Shown one piece after another: positions 36,899 through 49,097 of a stretch of DNA of 64,000 nucleotides. The position numbers and the translations under genes are program-made. Source of the DNA: Eledone cirrhosa (Eukaryota); NCBI GenBank assembly GCA_964016885.1, contig OZ024744.1, positions 92,628,001-92,692,000 of the forward strand. Reading direction: 5' to 3'. The notes below the pieces were generated by a model. That model did not search any database and was not told the origin of the DNA. It saw nothing but the letters and a program-made list of their open reading frames with translations. Position 1 is the stretch's first letter. Every line of letters starts with the position of its first letter.

Positions 36899-39800
36899 CT
36901 ACAGGCTGATATAGAGAGAAGACCCATTCACTCTGGCCATTCTCCCTACTTTCACCCACCTTTCATAAAACTTGCTGGGGTAGAGCACCTCTCTCTCCAT
37001 TCTGATCCTTCTTTTAAAATGGTATTTGAAAAAGGGGACCAGTTGTTGGCCGGAGAGAAAGGTGTCTGACCTCAGCCCTTTCAGCCTCGTCCACCATACA
37101 ACTTCTTTAGCCATGGCTACCACACAGAGAAAAACCGCCTCTCCTTCGTTTTTGAAGGGGGGAGGCGGTTTGATCGTGACAATGGACTCGGTGGTCAACC
37201 GGATTGGTCCCACCCTCGACAGTAGTCGTTCCACATAGCCCCACAGGTCAGCAATGCCTGGGCAGTGTACGAATGCGTGCGCAACGGTTTCGTCATCATG
37301 CACGCATCTCGGACAGATCTTATTCAAAGGATCTCTACCCAGGCTCCCATGCCTGTGGAGCTTGTCTCGAACGGGTAGAGCCCCTCGGTAGCACTGCCAA
37401 GCCAGGGACTTTTGGAAGTTGTCCATCGGTCCAGGGCCAAACGTCCTACCGAACAGACTGGCCAGTTCATCTTCCTCCATGCCTAGAGCTTCTCCGAGAG
37501 CATCGTCGCACCTGCTGCGTACCAACCCTCTATAGAATGTCGAGGTGGAGTCTCCACTGATTGCCGGGTCCGCTTTCCAGAGGGCCGTGAGCGCCTGGGC
37601 ACATTCAATGTGCCAGTCGCCCACTTTTCTCGGTCTTTGCTTGACCCAGGATTGCAGCTCGGTGAGCGAGACGAGTCTGGGAAAGGCTCGCCTCACAAAC
37701 GGGGCCCACACCGGTTGACCGGTGAGGAATACCTGGAGGTGCCGTAGCCTTAATGCGTGTTTACGCATCTGTAGCCACGGCATCCCCAGCCCTCCTTTCG
37801 AAGGGTGTTGACAACAGATGGATCTCCTCACCAAAGGGGTCCGCTTGTTCCAAAGAAATTGGAACAGCGCGCACTCCATTTTGGCGAGTCTTTTCACTGG
37901 GCAAGGCACGACGGTCAAGCGGTAGTAGATGACGGATGCTATATAAGTATTCGCCACCTCCGCTCGACCTTTCAGGGATAGTTTGCACTGGGCCCACTTC
38001 TGGGTGAGTGCAAACACCCTGGCCGTTACCTCGTTCCAGTTTTTCTCCACCTGGAGGTCTGGTCCGAACCAGACCCCAAGCAGCTTCACCGGGCCCTCCG
38101 TCCAGCGTCCGACGACGTCGTTGGAGGGCATCGGTTTGCCTCTCCATGTTCCGAGTTGCAAACCGACGGACTTGTCCCGGTTCAGCTTGGCTCCTGTAAA
38201 CCTTTCATATTCCTCCAGTAAGGTGCCGATCTCACCGATTTGCGAGGTTTTCGACACCATTACTGTCACGTCATCGGCGTAGGCCGACGCCGCTTTCTGC
38301 AATCCCGGTTCCAAAGGGATGCCCTGCAACCGCTCCAACTTCCGCAGTAGTGGCTCAAGAGCCAGCACATACAGTAGGGAGGAGAGAGGGCATCCCTGTC
38401 GGATGGATCGCATGATTTGGAACGGCTCCGAGAGGTGGCCGTTCACCTTGACCCTTGAGCAGACGTTGCTGCTGTGCATCGCAGCAATCCAACCCCTGAA
38501 AACGGGTCCGAAGCCTGCCGCCGCGAGCACCGCATCCAGGTAACGATGGTCAACCCTATCGAAAGCTTTAGATTGATCCAAGTTGATCAGGGCCCCACCA
38601 AAGCCGGGTTCATTCCCTACCCTCTCTATGATGTATCGCATAAGGTGGAGATTGTCGTGAATGGACCTGGACGGGATTGCGCATGTCTGCGCTTCTCCCA
38701 TCAGGTTTCCAACGACAAGCGCCAACCTCTTCGCTAACACCTTGGCCAAAATCTTTAACTCTGTATTTAGCAGAGTTATGGGCCTGAAGTTACTTATGTC
38801 ATCCCCCTTGTTCTCATCCTTCCTCACCAGCGTAACTACGCCCTTGGTCACAGAACTGGGAATTCTCCCGTTCTGCTGCCAGTTGCAGTAGACCGCTTCG
38901 AGGATATCGGAGAACAAGTCCGGCATCGCTACATATAGCTCGTATGGTAGACCATCGAGACCCGGGGATTTGCGTTTGCCGCATTGGCTCAGCGCCGCCC
39001 CTATCTCAGCAGCTGAAATCGTCCTTTCGCAGGACTTCGCCTCCGCGTCCGAGAGGCGCGGCAGACCGTCGAGGTATGGATTGAAATCCATAGTCTCACC
39101 CGGCGCGCCGCCCCTCTCGAACAGTCGTGCAAAGTGCCGCTGAAAGGCCGCACACATCTGCCCAGGTTCAAGGATCACACGCCCATCCTGGTCCTTCAAA
39201 GACCGAATCGTGGACTTGTTCCCACTTTTTGCCTCTGTCACTCGGGCCCAGCTCACAGCTTTGGCTCCCTCATTACCCAGAGCACGTATTTTACTCCTGA
39301 CAACGCAGCCTTCATGCTTCACCTCAAAGAACTGGTCTAAGGCCATTCTTGATGCCAGCACGCCGGCTACATTGCCACTCCTAATCGCCTCTTCTACTCT
39401 ATCTACTAATTCCCTTTCCGTCTTGTTCCTATCCCTTGCTAATTCCTGACTAAAACCTATCGATTCTATTCTAATTGCTCTCTTAAGAGAGCTCCACCAC
39501 CTGTTGTTGACAATTGCCCCTGTCAAACTCTGCTTAACTAACGTGCTAATCCGTTTACTGTAAGCTTTGCTTCTCGGTAAGGACAAGTTCAGCTTCCAGT
39601 AACCGGGTCCCTGTCTATGGGTTCTATCAAGGTTGGCTATGCAGGTCACTAACTTGTGATCCGAATAGTCAACCATGAACATTTTTGGACAGCTAAATGT
39701 GTCCCTATCGTTCTCTCTAACTAGGACCCTATCTAGGTACGACCTAGATGTTCCACTGCGATTGGTCCACGTCCATAGTGGTACAGTCGGAAAATCTAGT

Positions 39801-40337
39801 CGATATCTATCGGCCAGGTCAAATCGGCCGATTAACCTTTTGAGGCTTTTACACCCCCCTCTATTGGCACATGCCCCTACATAGTCCCAACGTGCATCCA
39901 GGATACCATTCCAGTCCCCCACTAAAAGCAAGGAGCGGGACGTTCCCAGAAAAGTTTCCAGACGTTGGAAGTATTCCGGCCGCGCTGCCCAAAAAGGGGC
40001 GTACACAGCTATTAGTCTAAGGGCTCCACTTTCACTACTGCCGACGTCTAAAACCACCAGTCGACCCTCCGGGTCCAGGTGCACCTTCTGTATGGCGAGG
40101 CCCAGGTGTTTTCGCAGCAGAACGACAACTCCACCCCCACCCCCCCGGTTGACAGAGAGATGCGAAGATCTCAAAGTCGTCGAAGAGGGGCGCCAGTTGG
40201 TGCTCGCTGCTGATCCTGGACTCGCAAATAGCCATTACATCCATTCTATGCGACCTGAGATCGTTTAAAAGTTTGCCTTGTTTCCAAGACAGTCCCAGGC
40301 CACGTACATTCAGACACCCAACTCTTATATCAGCCAT
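36899..40337 (-). CDS. ORF2: APE endonuclease + reverse transcriptase + C-terminal zinc-binding motif; one frameshift near 40140
   Basis: MADIRVGCLNVRGL start, then GDWNGILD, SYLDR, SDH, KSPGLDGL, FRPITLLN, DQSKAFDRV, QGCPLS, YADD, CPRC..ETVAHAFVHC. Open for 1091 aa after the shift. Confidence 0.93.
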
Positions 40338-40358
40338 GTTGGTTAAAAGAGGAAGGAC

Positions 40359-42085
40359 CTACCTGTTCGGCTCCTGAGGAGCAGGTTGCACAATATCCAT
40401 GGGCGTATTGGAGGGGTTGTTTGGTGGGGTGTTGTTCTGTGGTGCAGTGGGGGTGTTTGGTGAGGTGTGGGTGGGGAAACGTTTCAAGAGGACGCGGTTA
40501 TAGGGTCGAGTACATGTTTTCCCCACGTCCTCAGGAAAGTTCTCTCTTAGTTTTGCATAGGTGTCCATTGGGAGTCTTATCATTTTTAAATGCGGTTTGT
40601 TGGCCGCGCTTGCAAAGAATTGCCCTTCAGTTTCCACCAAAGGGTCTTTGTGTATTGTTTTTACTAGTTCTTTGTTATTTGTGTTAATGTATGTATACTG
40701 TTTTATTTGTGTTGTGTTTGTTTGTTGTTCTTGTGTGTGCTTACGTTTTGTTGTATGTGTTATGTTTTGGGGTGGGGCGGATTTTGTTTGTTCTGTTTGT
40801 TTTGTTTTTGTTGGTGGTTGTGTGTTTGTTTCGTTTATGTTCGAGTGGTGCTTTCTTTTTTCCTTTTTACAGGTTGGAAGGGTTCCCCCTCTTCGTCACT
40901 AGGTGCCGTTTCCGCTGGGTCCTCGTCCGTGCTGCCGGGTAGTGGTGTATTTTGGGGTTTTGTTGTATTTGTGTGTGTTTTGGGAGTTGTTTTGGGTGGG
41001 GCCGTGTCTTGTGTTATTTTTCCGTGTTGTTTTTGTTGTTGTTGTGGTGGTGGTGGTGGTGGTGGTGGCGGTGGTGGTGTGTGGGGTGTAGGCAAAAGAG
41101 CCTTTTTTTTTGTCAATTGAGGACAAGCAGCCCTTAGATGACCCCTGCTTGAACAGTAGTAACATATGGGCCTCCTACCCTCGGCTGAAATATATATAAA
41201 TGTTTCTCCATCAAGGGACACCCTCTGTGGTATTCTAGCTATTCGTTCTGGTCTCATTTGGACCAGAACCTCCACGCTCAAACCGCCGAAAACGTCTGTG
41301 GTGACTTCTCCTACTGAGAGGATTCCGTCCTCGTCTTCTAAAAATCCTGTTAGTACCCAGGAAATGCATGCATTTGGCCGGATTCCGGAGACCCTTATCT
41401 TCTGCGTTCTTTTCCCTAAATATGTGGGGAAAAATGTATGTAGCTTGGAAACAATTGGTGCCACAGAGTATTTCCTGGCCGTCAATTGATCCTTCATTAG
41501 GACCGTTATATTCCCATAGAGTGGCCCTTTTTGTATGAACGATATATCACTCCACACATTTTTTAGGACCAGCTCAATCTCTTTTTGGGATAATTGAGTT
41601 GGTTTCCTTGTTATGTTGGAAATTGTTCTGAAAGATATCGTTCTTAGCGTCGTGTCTCTTTTGATTTCTTGTGGGGAGGTGATTGTGAAGTCTCCTCCTT
41701 CTTTGAAAGTTACATACTGTTTCGCTTCCTTCATCTTTTCTCTCAGAGTTGTAATGTCCAGTTGCTTGCAGGTTTGTGTTTTCCGGACCGCCTGTGCAAA
41801 GGAGGCACCAGTAGTGGGTTCGCTTTGTTTGGTGTTATCGTTATTTTTTCCTTGGTTGGTGTTGTGACTATTGCTGTTATTGTCGTTGTTGTTTTTGTCT
41901 GCGTTTATGTGACTTTCTGGGTTTTCACCCATTTTTACAAATTTTTCTTTTAATTCCGTGTTCCATGTTTCTTTTGCAGAAGTCAGGAGGGAAGACTTAG
42001 AGCCTTGTGCTTCTAGCTTCTCTGTATCACCTTTCTTAGGGGGCGTGGCTTTCACGTTAGGATGAGATGTGAAAATTCCGTCCAT
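40359..42085 (-). CDS. ORF1 (Gag-like, CCHC zinc knuckle); one apparent frameshift near 40860
   Basis: CYYCSSRGHLRAAC knuckle and Pro/Thr-rich tail; homologous to ORF1 pieces at 4673-6301. ORFs 40835-42178 and 40359-40640 join across an A-rich run. Confidence 0.85.
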
Positions 42086-42296
42086 TTCTATTAGTTTGCC
42101 GTAATAAATTTTTAACTGGAAAATTCGCCCCAAAAAGGGGCGAAAATAAATAAACTCAAAGTTTGACGACCAAGGCAAGGGGTTAACGTATATTACAGTA
42201 TAAAAAAATTAATCAAAACTCACTTTTTGAGTAAGTAAATCCGACTCGGTAGCCGAGCTTGTTCACACACGTCAACACACGTCTCTCGTATACGAG

Positions 42297-43225
42297 ATGT
42301 TATGTGAGATATTATGTGAGGTAAAGCCTTTACTGTAAAATACAATAGTAAATATAGAGTAGTGTAAATGTTATGTGAGATATTATGTGAGGTAAAGTCT
42401 TTAGTGTAAACATATAATAGTAAATATAGAGTAATCTAAATGTTTATGTGAGATATTATGTGAGGTAAAGCCTTTACTGTAAAAATACAATAGTATATAT
42501 AGAGTAATGTAAATGTTATGTGAGTATTATGTGAGGTAAAGCCTTTACTGTAAAAATACAATAGTATATATAGAGTAATGTAAATGTTATGTGAGATATT
42601 ATGTTAGGTAAAGCCTTTACTGTAAAATACAATAGTAAATATAGAGTAATGTAAATGTTATGTGAGATATTATGTGAGGTAAAGCCTTTACTGTAAAATA
42701 CAATAGTAAATATAGAGTAATGTAAATGTTATGTGAGATATTATGTTAGGTAAAGCTTTTACTGTAAAATACAATAGTAAATATAGAGTAATGTAAATGT
42801 TATGTGAGATATTATGTGAGGTAAAGCCTTTACTGTAAAATACAATAGTAAATATAGAGTAATGTAAATGTTATGTGAGATATTATGTGAGATAAAGCCT
42901 TTACTGTAAAAATACAATAGTATATAGAGTAATGTAAATGTTATGTGAGATATTATGTGAGATAAAGCCTTTACTGTAAAAATACAATAGTAAATATAGA
43001 GTAATGTAAATGTTATGTGAGATATTATGTGAGGTAAAGCCTTTACTGTAAAAATACAATAGTAAATATAAAGTAATGTAGATGTTATGTGAGACATTAT
43101 GTGAGGTAAAGCCTTTACTGTAAGTAAATAGTAAATATAAAGTAATGTAAATGAAATATTATGTGAGATAATTACTTTGAAAATATAAGGGTATTTATAG
43201 ATTAATGTAAATGCTAAAGGGTTAA
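42297..43225. repeat. 71/72-bp satellite, right block, ending in ...AATGCTAAAGGG-TTAA
   Basis: Same unit as the left block, more diverged, running into a TIR-like end. Confidence 0.95.
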
Positions 43226-43562
43226 AACAGAAAGATACATTAGATAATGTAGTTTCGGATGACACCATGTATGAATAAAAGATAGAAAGGTCACAGTTGG
43301 TATATCTTGATGATTTCTAGATCATCGTGAACAGGGATGACCTGTTGCTAAACTGTAAATAGAGATCCATTTTGATCATGAATGACCATGGGTTTGCACC
43401 TGGAAGGTTCATCTCTAAGGCATAATCCTGGGTAAGGTGTTTTGTGATAGACCAACAGTTACCCATGCACCCCAGTCACTCTTCTCTGCGGTGTCCAAGG
43501 GAATGGTAAAAGCTGATACAGCTTAGCAATGGATGTATAGTCACAAAGAATGCATGAGGTGT

Positions 43563-43781
43563 TTAACTCTTTAGGATTCACATTACTCTATATATATACT
43601 ATTATATTTTCATGGTAAAGGCTTTACCTCACATAATTATCTCACATAATATCGAATCTATGAGATTTTGAAAGTATTTATTTTGAGAACAATACCTTAA
43701 CATCAGTTTGAGTGACCAGTTACAGCCAGTTTCAACAGAAAGAGGTAGAGAATTCTGGCCGGTTTGAACATTAAAGGTTAA
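43563..43781. mobile_element. TTAA-flanked (piggyBac-like) MITE carrying one inverted satellite monomer
   Basis: TTAA-CTCTTTAGGATTCA ... TGAACATTAAAGG-TTAA; 43579-43650 is the reverse complement of the 72-bp unit. Confidence 0.7.
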
Positions 43782-43839
43782 GAAAAGAAACAGGACTGGA
43801 GCCACAAAAAAAAAAAAAAAAAAAAAATTCGAAACCAAA

Positions 43840-44130
43840 CTATGAACTACAAGTTTTGTCCTTCAGAATAATCCCCCTTGAGTCTAAAACATCCTTCCAT
43901 CCACTCCTGGAAAGATTCTTTCGGGATTCTCTGCAGTTCCATTATCACAGCCCTCTTGATCAATTCCACGTTTGAAAAATGTTTCTCTTTGATGACCCTC
44001 ATGAACTTGGGGAAAAGGAAAAGGAAAAGGAAAAGGAAAAAAAAACTCACACTGAGCCAGGTCAAGTGAGTAGGGAGGTTGCTCCAGTATGGCGATATCT
44101 GTATAGTCACAAAGGATGTAGGTGTTAGCA
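43840..44130 (-). pseudogene. Mariner transposase C-terminal fragment interrupted by (GAAAAG)n
   Basis: LEQPPYSLDLAQCEFF (YSPDLAP-D motif) and ELQRIPKESFQEW..CFRLKGDYSEG. Confidence 0.85.
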
Positions 44131-44215
44131 AAAAAATTCCCACCCACCCAATACTAAAAAAAACAAGAAAAAAACAGTGATCTTTGAATGAAGCCATATG
44201 TGATAAATAATCCGT

Positions 44216-44388
44216 TGGTGAATTGGCAGTATCAGTAGAGGGTCGGACGCCATGCTTTGACGCATGGAGTTATGTCCCTTGCCATCCTGAGTACAAATCC
44301 CGCCAAGGTTAACTTTGCCTTTCATCCTTATGTACCAGTAATGCACTGAGATATTTGCTGGCCTTGTGCCAAAAGTAGAAATAATTAT
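44216..44388 (+). mobile_element. Nin/Deu-domain tRNA-SINE with internal deletion
   Basis: Head, partial central domain and tail recognisable. Confidence 0.85.
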
Positions 44389-44519
44389 AATGTTACCATT
44401 AGAACTACGGTGAACCAGTGATTGACCTGTTTAGAAACATGTAACCAATAAGTGCTATTGTGCACAAATTCTCTCTCTCAGAATGAAGAGTAGTCTGTAT
44501 TTTAATAGAAGCAACTAGG

Positions 44520-45352
44520 CTGTTGGTTGATGAGGGCTGGTGGTTTGGGGCTGGTAGTTTGGGGCTGGAGGCTTGGGGCTGGTGGCTGATGGGTACTGGT
44601 GGTTTGTGGCTGGTGGCTGATGGCTGCTGGTGGTTTGTGGCTGGTGGTAGTTTGGGGATGGTAGCTTGGGGATGGTGGCTTGGGGATGGTGGCTTGGGCT
44701 GGTGGCTGGTGGCTGGTGGCTTGGGGATTGGGGTTGGTGGCTTGAAGTTGGTGACTTGAAGCTGGTGTCTTGGGGTTTGTGACTTGGGGCTGGTGGTTTG
44801 TGGCTGGTGGCTGATGGCTGCTGGTGGTTTGTGGCTGGTGGTAGTTTGGGGATGGTAGCTTGGGGATGGTGGCTTGGGGATGGTGGCTTGGGCTGGTGGC
44901 TGGTGGCTGGTGGCTTGGGGATTGGGGTTGGTGGCTTGAAGTTGGTGACTTGAAGCTGGTGTCTTGGGGTTTGTGACTTGGGGCTGGTGGTTGGTGGCTG
45001 ATGGCTGCTGGTGGTTTGTGGCTGGTGGTGGTTTGGGGATGGTAGCTTGGGGATGGTGGCTTGGGGGTGGTGGCTTGGGCTGGTGGCTGGTGGCTTGGGG
45101 ATTGGGGTTGGTGGCTTGAAGTTGGTGACTTGAAGCTGGTGTCTTGGGGTTTGTGACTTGGGGCTGGTGGTTGGTGGCTGATGGCTTAGGGCTGGTGACA
45201 GGTGTCTTAGGGCTGGTGACAGGTGTCTTAGGGCTGGAGGCTTGGGGATGGTGTCTTGAGGCTGGTGTCTTGAGGCTGGTGGCTTGAAGCTGGTGGCTGG
45301 TGGCTGGTGGCTGGTGGCTTGAAGCTGGTGGCTTGGGGCTAGTGGCTGATGA
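44520..45352. repeat. G-rich 7/14-bp satellite (TTGGGGCTGGTGGC-type), left block
   Basis: Seen directly; contains ~175-bp higher-order duplications. Confidence 0.92.
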
Positions 45353-46640
45353 CTTGTTGCCCTCCTACTCACCGTGGAAGGGGCTTCTGCGTTTATTGCC
45401 TGTCCTGCTCTTGGTAGCAGCGGACCAGGTATTGGAAGGAGAGGGGCCTTCTTCTTCACTGTCTTCTGCGGGCAAAAGGCCCTGAGGTGACCCTTTGACC
45501 CACAGAGATAGGGAGTTGGAGTCCTTCCTCGATGTCTATGATATCGGGGATAGCATCGATACATTCCTGGTCAGTTTGTATAAGCATTTGGATGCCTATA
45601 CCTGACCAGTTCTATCACCCTATTTTCTCTACTTGCAGCATGGTCGTCCTGTCCTCGATTCCAGCAAGGACAGACGCGGCCAGCCAAGGTAGGGGCACGT
45701 CGGGTGGGACCTGGGTCACTTTGACCCTCACAACTTTCTGCTCGCAGTAGGAGGGCACCAAGAATATCTCCTCACTCTTTAGGGTTTCCAAAGAGTGAGA
45801 CTTCACTTCTTGGGGGGTAGCAAAAAGTATGTCTACTGTGGCGTACTTTCTGCCTCGGGTAATGTGGGTTTTGCGTGCCCAGACGCACCCCAAGGCCTTT
45901 AGGATTTGAGCCTCCGTGGCTCTCTCCACCCGATGTGAGATTTTGCTTACGGTGCAGTAAGTCACTGTCCGTAGCTGCTGGTCCTTGAAAAAATTGGGTG
46001 GAGATTTCAGGGAAACTCTATTGGCGTTTCTTGCCACCATGGCCCTTGCGACTGCCATCTCCTCCTCTGTGACTAACACTGTCTCGATATTTCGGGCGAC
46101 ACCTGCAAAAGAAGTGGCCCCCTTTTCAGCAGCACCATTATTGCTGCCGCTACTGGTCTTACTGGTGGTGCTGAGATCGCTGTTACAGGTATCGATGTCA
46201 TTGTTGTTGTTTTCGTTGGTACAGTTGTTGGTGGTGTTGTTGTTGTTTTCGTTGATACTGTTGCTGTTGTTACTGTTATTGTGGCTGTTTTTATTATTGT
46301 TGTTTTTGTTGATATTGTTCCCACTATTATTGTTGTTGTGGCTGTTGTTATTGTCATTGTTATTGTCGTTCTCGACCTTACCGCTATTATTTTTGTTGTT
46401 GCTGTTGTTATTGATGGTGCTGTTGTTGGTGTTATTGTTGGTGTTGTTTGTGTTAGAAATATTTGGTAATTTTAAATCTGTAACAATATCATTAAAAATG
46501 CTATTGTTCCTCTTTTCCTTCGTAATATTTTCGTTTATATTTACCTTCACTGTTTTGTTGATACGTTGACAAAGTCCCCCTCTCTCTCTGTTGTCTGACA
46601 GCTCTCTCTCTCTTTCTCATGTTGAAAGAAATTTTTTTTT
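45353..46640 (-). mobile_element. Tx1-like LINE 5' part (ORF1 of a divergent subfamily)
   Basis: SFAGVAR, LRTVTY, FLVPSYCEQKVVRVKVTQVPP and YLCGSKGHLRAFCP align with the ORF1 at 40359-42085; Asn-rich N-terminus. Confidence 0.82.
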
Positions 46641-46664
46641 TTCAAATAATATTTTTACATAATA

Positions 46665-48550
46665 TGGCTGGTGGCTTGGGGCTGGTGACTTGGGTTGGTG
46701 GCTTGGGCTGGTGACTTGAAACTGGTGGCTTGGGACTGGTGGCTTGGGGCTGGTGACTTGAAACTGGTGGCTTGGGACTGGTGACTTGGGGCTGGTGGCT
46801 TGGGGTTGGTGGCTTGGGGCTGGTGACTTGAAACTGGTGGCTTGGGACTGGTGACTTGGGGCTGGTGGCTTGGGGCTGGTGGCTTGGGGCTGGTGACTTG
46901 GGGCTGGTGGCTTGGGGCTGGTGGCTTGAAGCTGGTGGCTTGGGGCTGGTGACTTGGGGCTGGTGACTTGGGTTGGTGGCTTGGGGCTGGTGACTTGAAA
47001 CTGGTGGCTTGGGGCTGGTGACTTGGGGCTGGTGGCTTGGGGCTGGTGGCTTGGGGCTGGTGACTTGGGGCTGGTGGCTTGGGGCTGGTGGCTTGAAGCT
47101 GGTGGCTTGGGGCTGGTGACTTGGGGCTGGTGGCTTGGGGCTAGTGGCTTGGGGCTGGTGGCTTGGGGCTGGTGACTTGGGGCTGGTGGCTTGGGGCTGG
47201 TGACTTGAAACTGGTGGCTTGGGGCTGGTGACTTGGGGATGGTGGCTTGGGGCTGGTGACTTGAAACTGGTGGCTTGGGGCTGGTGGCTTGGGGCTGGTG
47301 ACTTGGGGCTGGTGACTTGGGGCTGGTGGCTTGGGGCTGGTGGCTTGAAGCTGGTGGCTTGGGGCTGGTGACTTGGGGCTGGTGACTTGGGGCTGGTGGC
47401 TTGGGGCTGGTGACTTGGGGCTGGTGGCTTGGGGCTGGTGGCTTGGGGCTGGTGGCTTGGGGCTGGTGGCTTGGGGCTGGTGACTTGAAACTGGTGGCTT
47501 GGGGCTGGTGACTTGGGGCTGGTGGCTTGGGGCTGGTGACTTGAAACTGGTGGCTTGGGGCTGGTGACTTGGGGCTGGTGGCTTGGGGCTGGTGACTTGG
47601 GGCTGGTGGCTTGGGGCTGGTGGCTTGAAGCTGGTGGCTTGGGGCTGGTGACTTGGGGCTGGTGACTTGGGGCTGGTGGCTTGGGGCTGGTGACTTGGGG
47701 CTGGTGGCTTGGGGCTGGTGGCTTGGGGCTGGTGGCTTGGGGCTGGTGGCTTGGGGCTGGTGACTTGAAACTGGTGGCTTGGGGCTGGTGACTTGGGGCT
47801 GATGGCTTGGGGCTGGTGGCTTGGGGCTGGTGACTTGGGGCTGATGGCTTGGGGCTGGTGACTTGAAACTGGTGGCTTGGGGCTGGTGACTTGGGGCTGG
47901 TGGCTTGGGGCTGGTGACTTGAAACTGGTGGCTTGGGGCTGGTGACTTGGGGCTGGTGACTTGGGGCTGATGGCTTGGGGCTGGTGACTTGAAACTGGTG
48001 GCTTGGGGCTGGTGACTTGGGGCTGGTGGCTTGGGGCTGGTGACTTGAAACTGGTGGCTTGGGGCTGGTGACTTGGGGCTGGTGACTTGGGGCTGGTGAC
48101 TTGAAACTGGTGGCTTGGGGCTGGTGACTTGGGGCTGGTGACTTGGGGCTGATGGCTTGGGGCTGGTGACTTGAAACTGGTGGCTTGGGGCTGGTGACTT
48201 GGGGCTGATGGCTTGGGGCTGGTGACTTGAAACTGGTGGCTTGGGGCTGGTGACTTGGGGCTGGTGGCTTGGGGCTGGTGACTTGAAACTGGTGGCTTGG
48301 GGCTGGTGACTTGGGGCTGGTGACTTGGGGCTGATGGCTTGGGGCTGGTGACTTGAAACTGGTGGCTTGGGGCTGGTGACTTGGGGCTGGTGGCTTGGGG
48401 CTGGTGGCTTGAAGCTGGTTGCTTGGGGCTGGTGGCTTGGGGATGGTGGCTTGGGGCTGGTGGATGGTGGATGGTGGCTGGTGGCTTGAAGCTGGTGGCT
48501 TGAGGCTGGTGGCTGGTGGCAAGTGGCTGGTGGTAAGTGGCTGGTGGCTG
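46665..48550. repeat. 14-bp satellite (TTGGGGCTGGTGRC, with TTGAAACTGGTGGC variants), right block
   Basis: Seen directly. Confidence 0.96.
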
Positions 48551-48886
48551 CTGTTTAAAGTTTCAAGACAGCAAGAGTATAATTCATCTAATATATTTAC
48601 AAGGACGCACAACTAGCTACATTAAAAGGCGGTGCTTCATTGTTTGTTGACTTGAAAAAACAAAACAAAAATATAATAATGATTTTTTTTTATTAGCCAC
48701 AAGGGCCTACATATAGGGGACAATGCAATAGACAGGGACAGTTGGGAAGTAACTTCAGGCTGGCTGGTGACTTGTGGCTGCTGTTTAAAATTTCATTTGT
48801 GTAATTCATTTACCATATCTAGCAGAATGCACAACTAACTAACTAGATGAAAGGGTACTTCATTGTTCTTTACCTTGAAAAAAAAA

Positions 48887-48919
<33 letters not shown>

Positions 48920-48920
<1 letters not shown>

Positions 48921-49043
48921 TGTTTCTACTTTTGGCACAAGGCCAGCAATTACCCAGTGCATTACTGGTACTTTATTTTATCGACCCCGTAAGGATGAAA
49001 GGCAAAGTTAACCTCGGCGGGATTTGAACTCAGAATGGCAAGG
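48920..49043 (-). mobile_element. Nin/Deu-domain SINE, 5'-truncated, between (AAT)n tracts
   Basis: Reverse complement of SINE tail, central domain and B-box. Confidence 0.88.
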
Positions 49044-49097
49044 GATAATAATAATAATAATAATAATAAGAAGAAGAAGAAGAAGAGGAAGAAAACT

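Larger units (their letters stand above)
36662..42296 (-). mobile_element. Full-length Tx1/L1-clade non-LTR retrotransposon inserted in the satellite
   Basis: 5'UTR, ORF1, ORF2 and 3'UTR ending GTGGCAAATAAAGAAACC. The satellite resumes on both sides. Confidence 0.95.

Noticed and set aside
45186-45232. Interstitial telomere (TTAGGG)
   Set aside because: Only isolated hexamers within a 21-bp satellite variant, not tandem.
46642-48612. 656-aa Pro/Ser/Gln-rich ORF
   Set aside because: The 14-bp unit lacks stops on that strand and cycles through frames; there is no real start codon.
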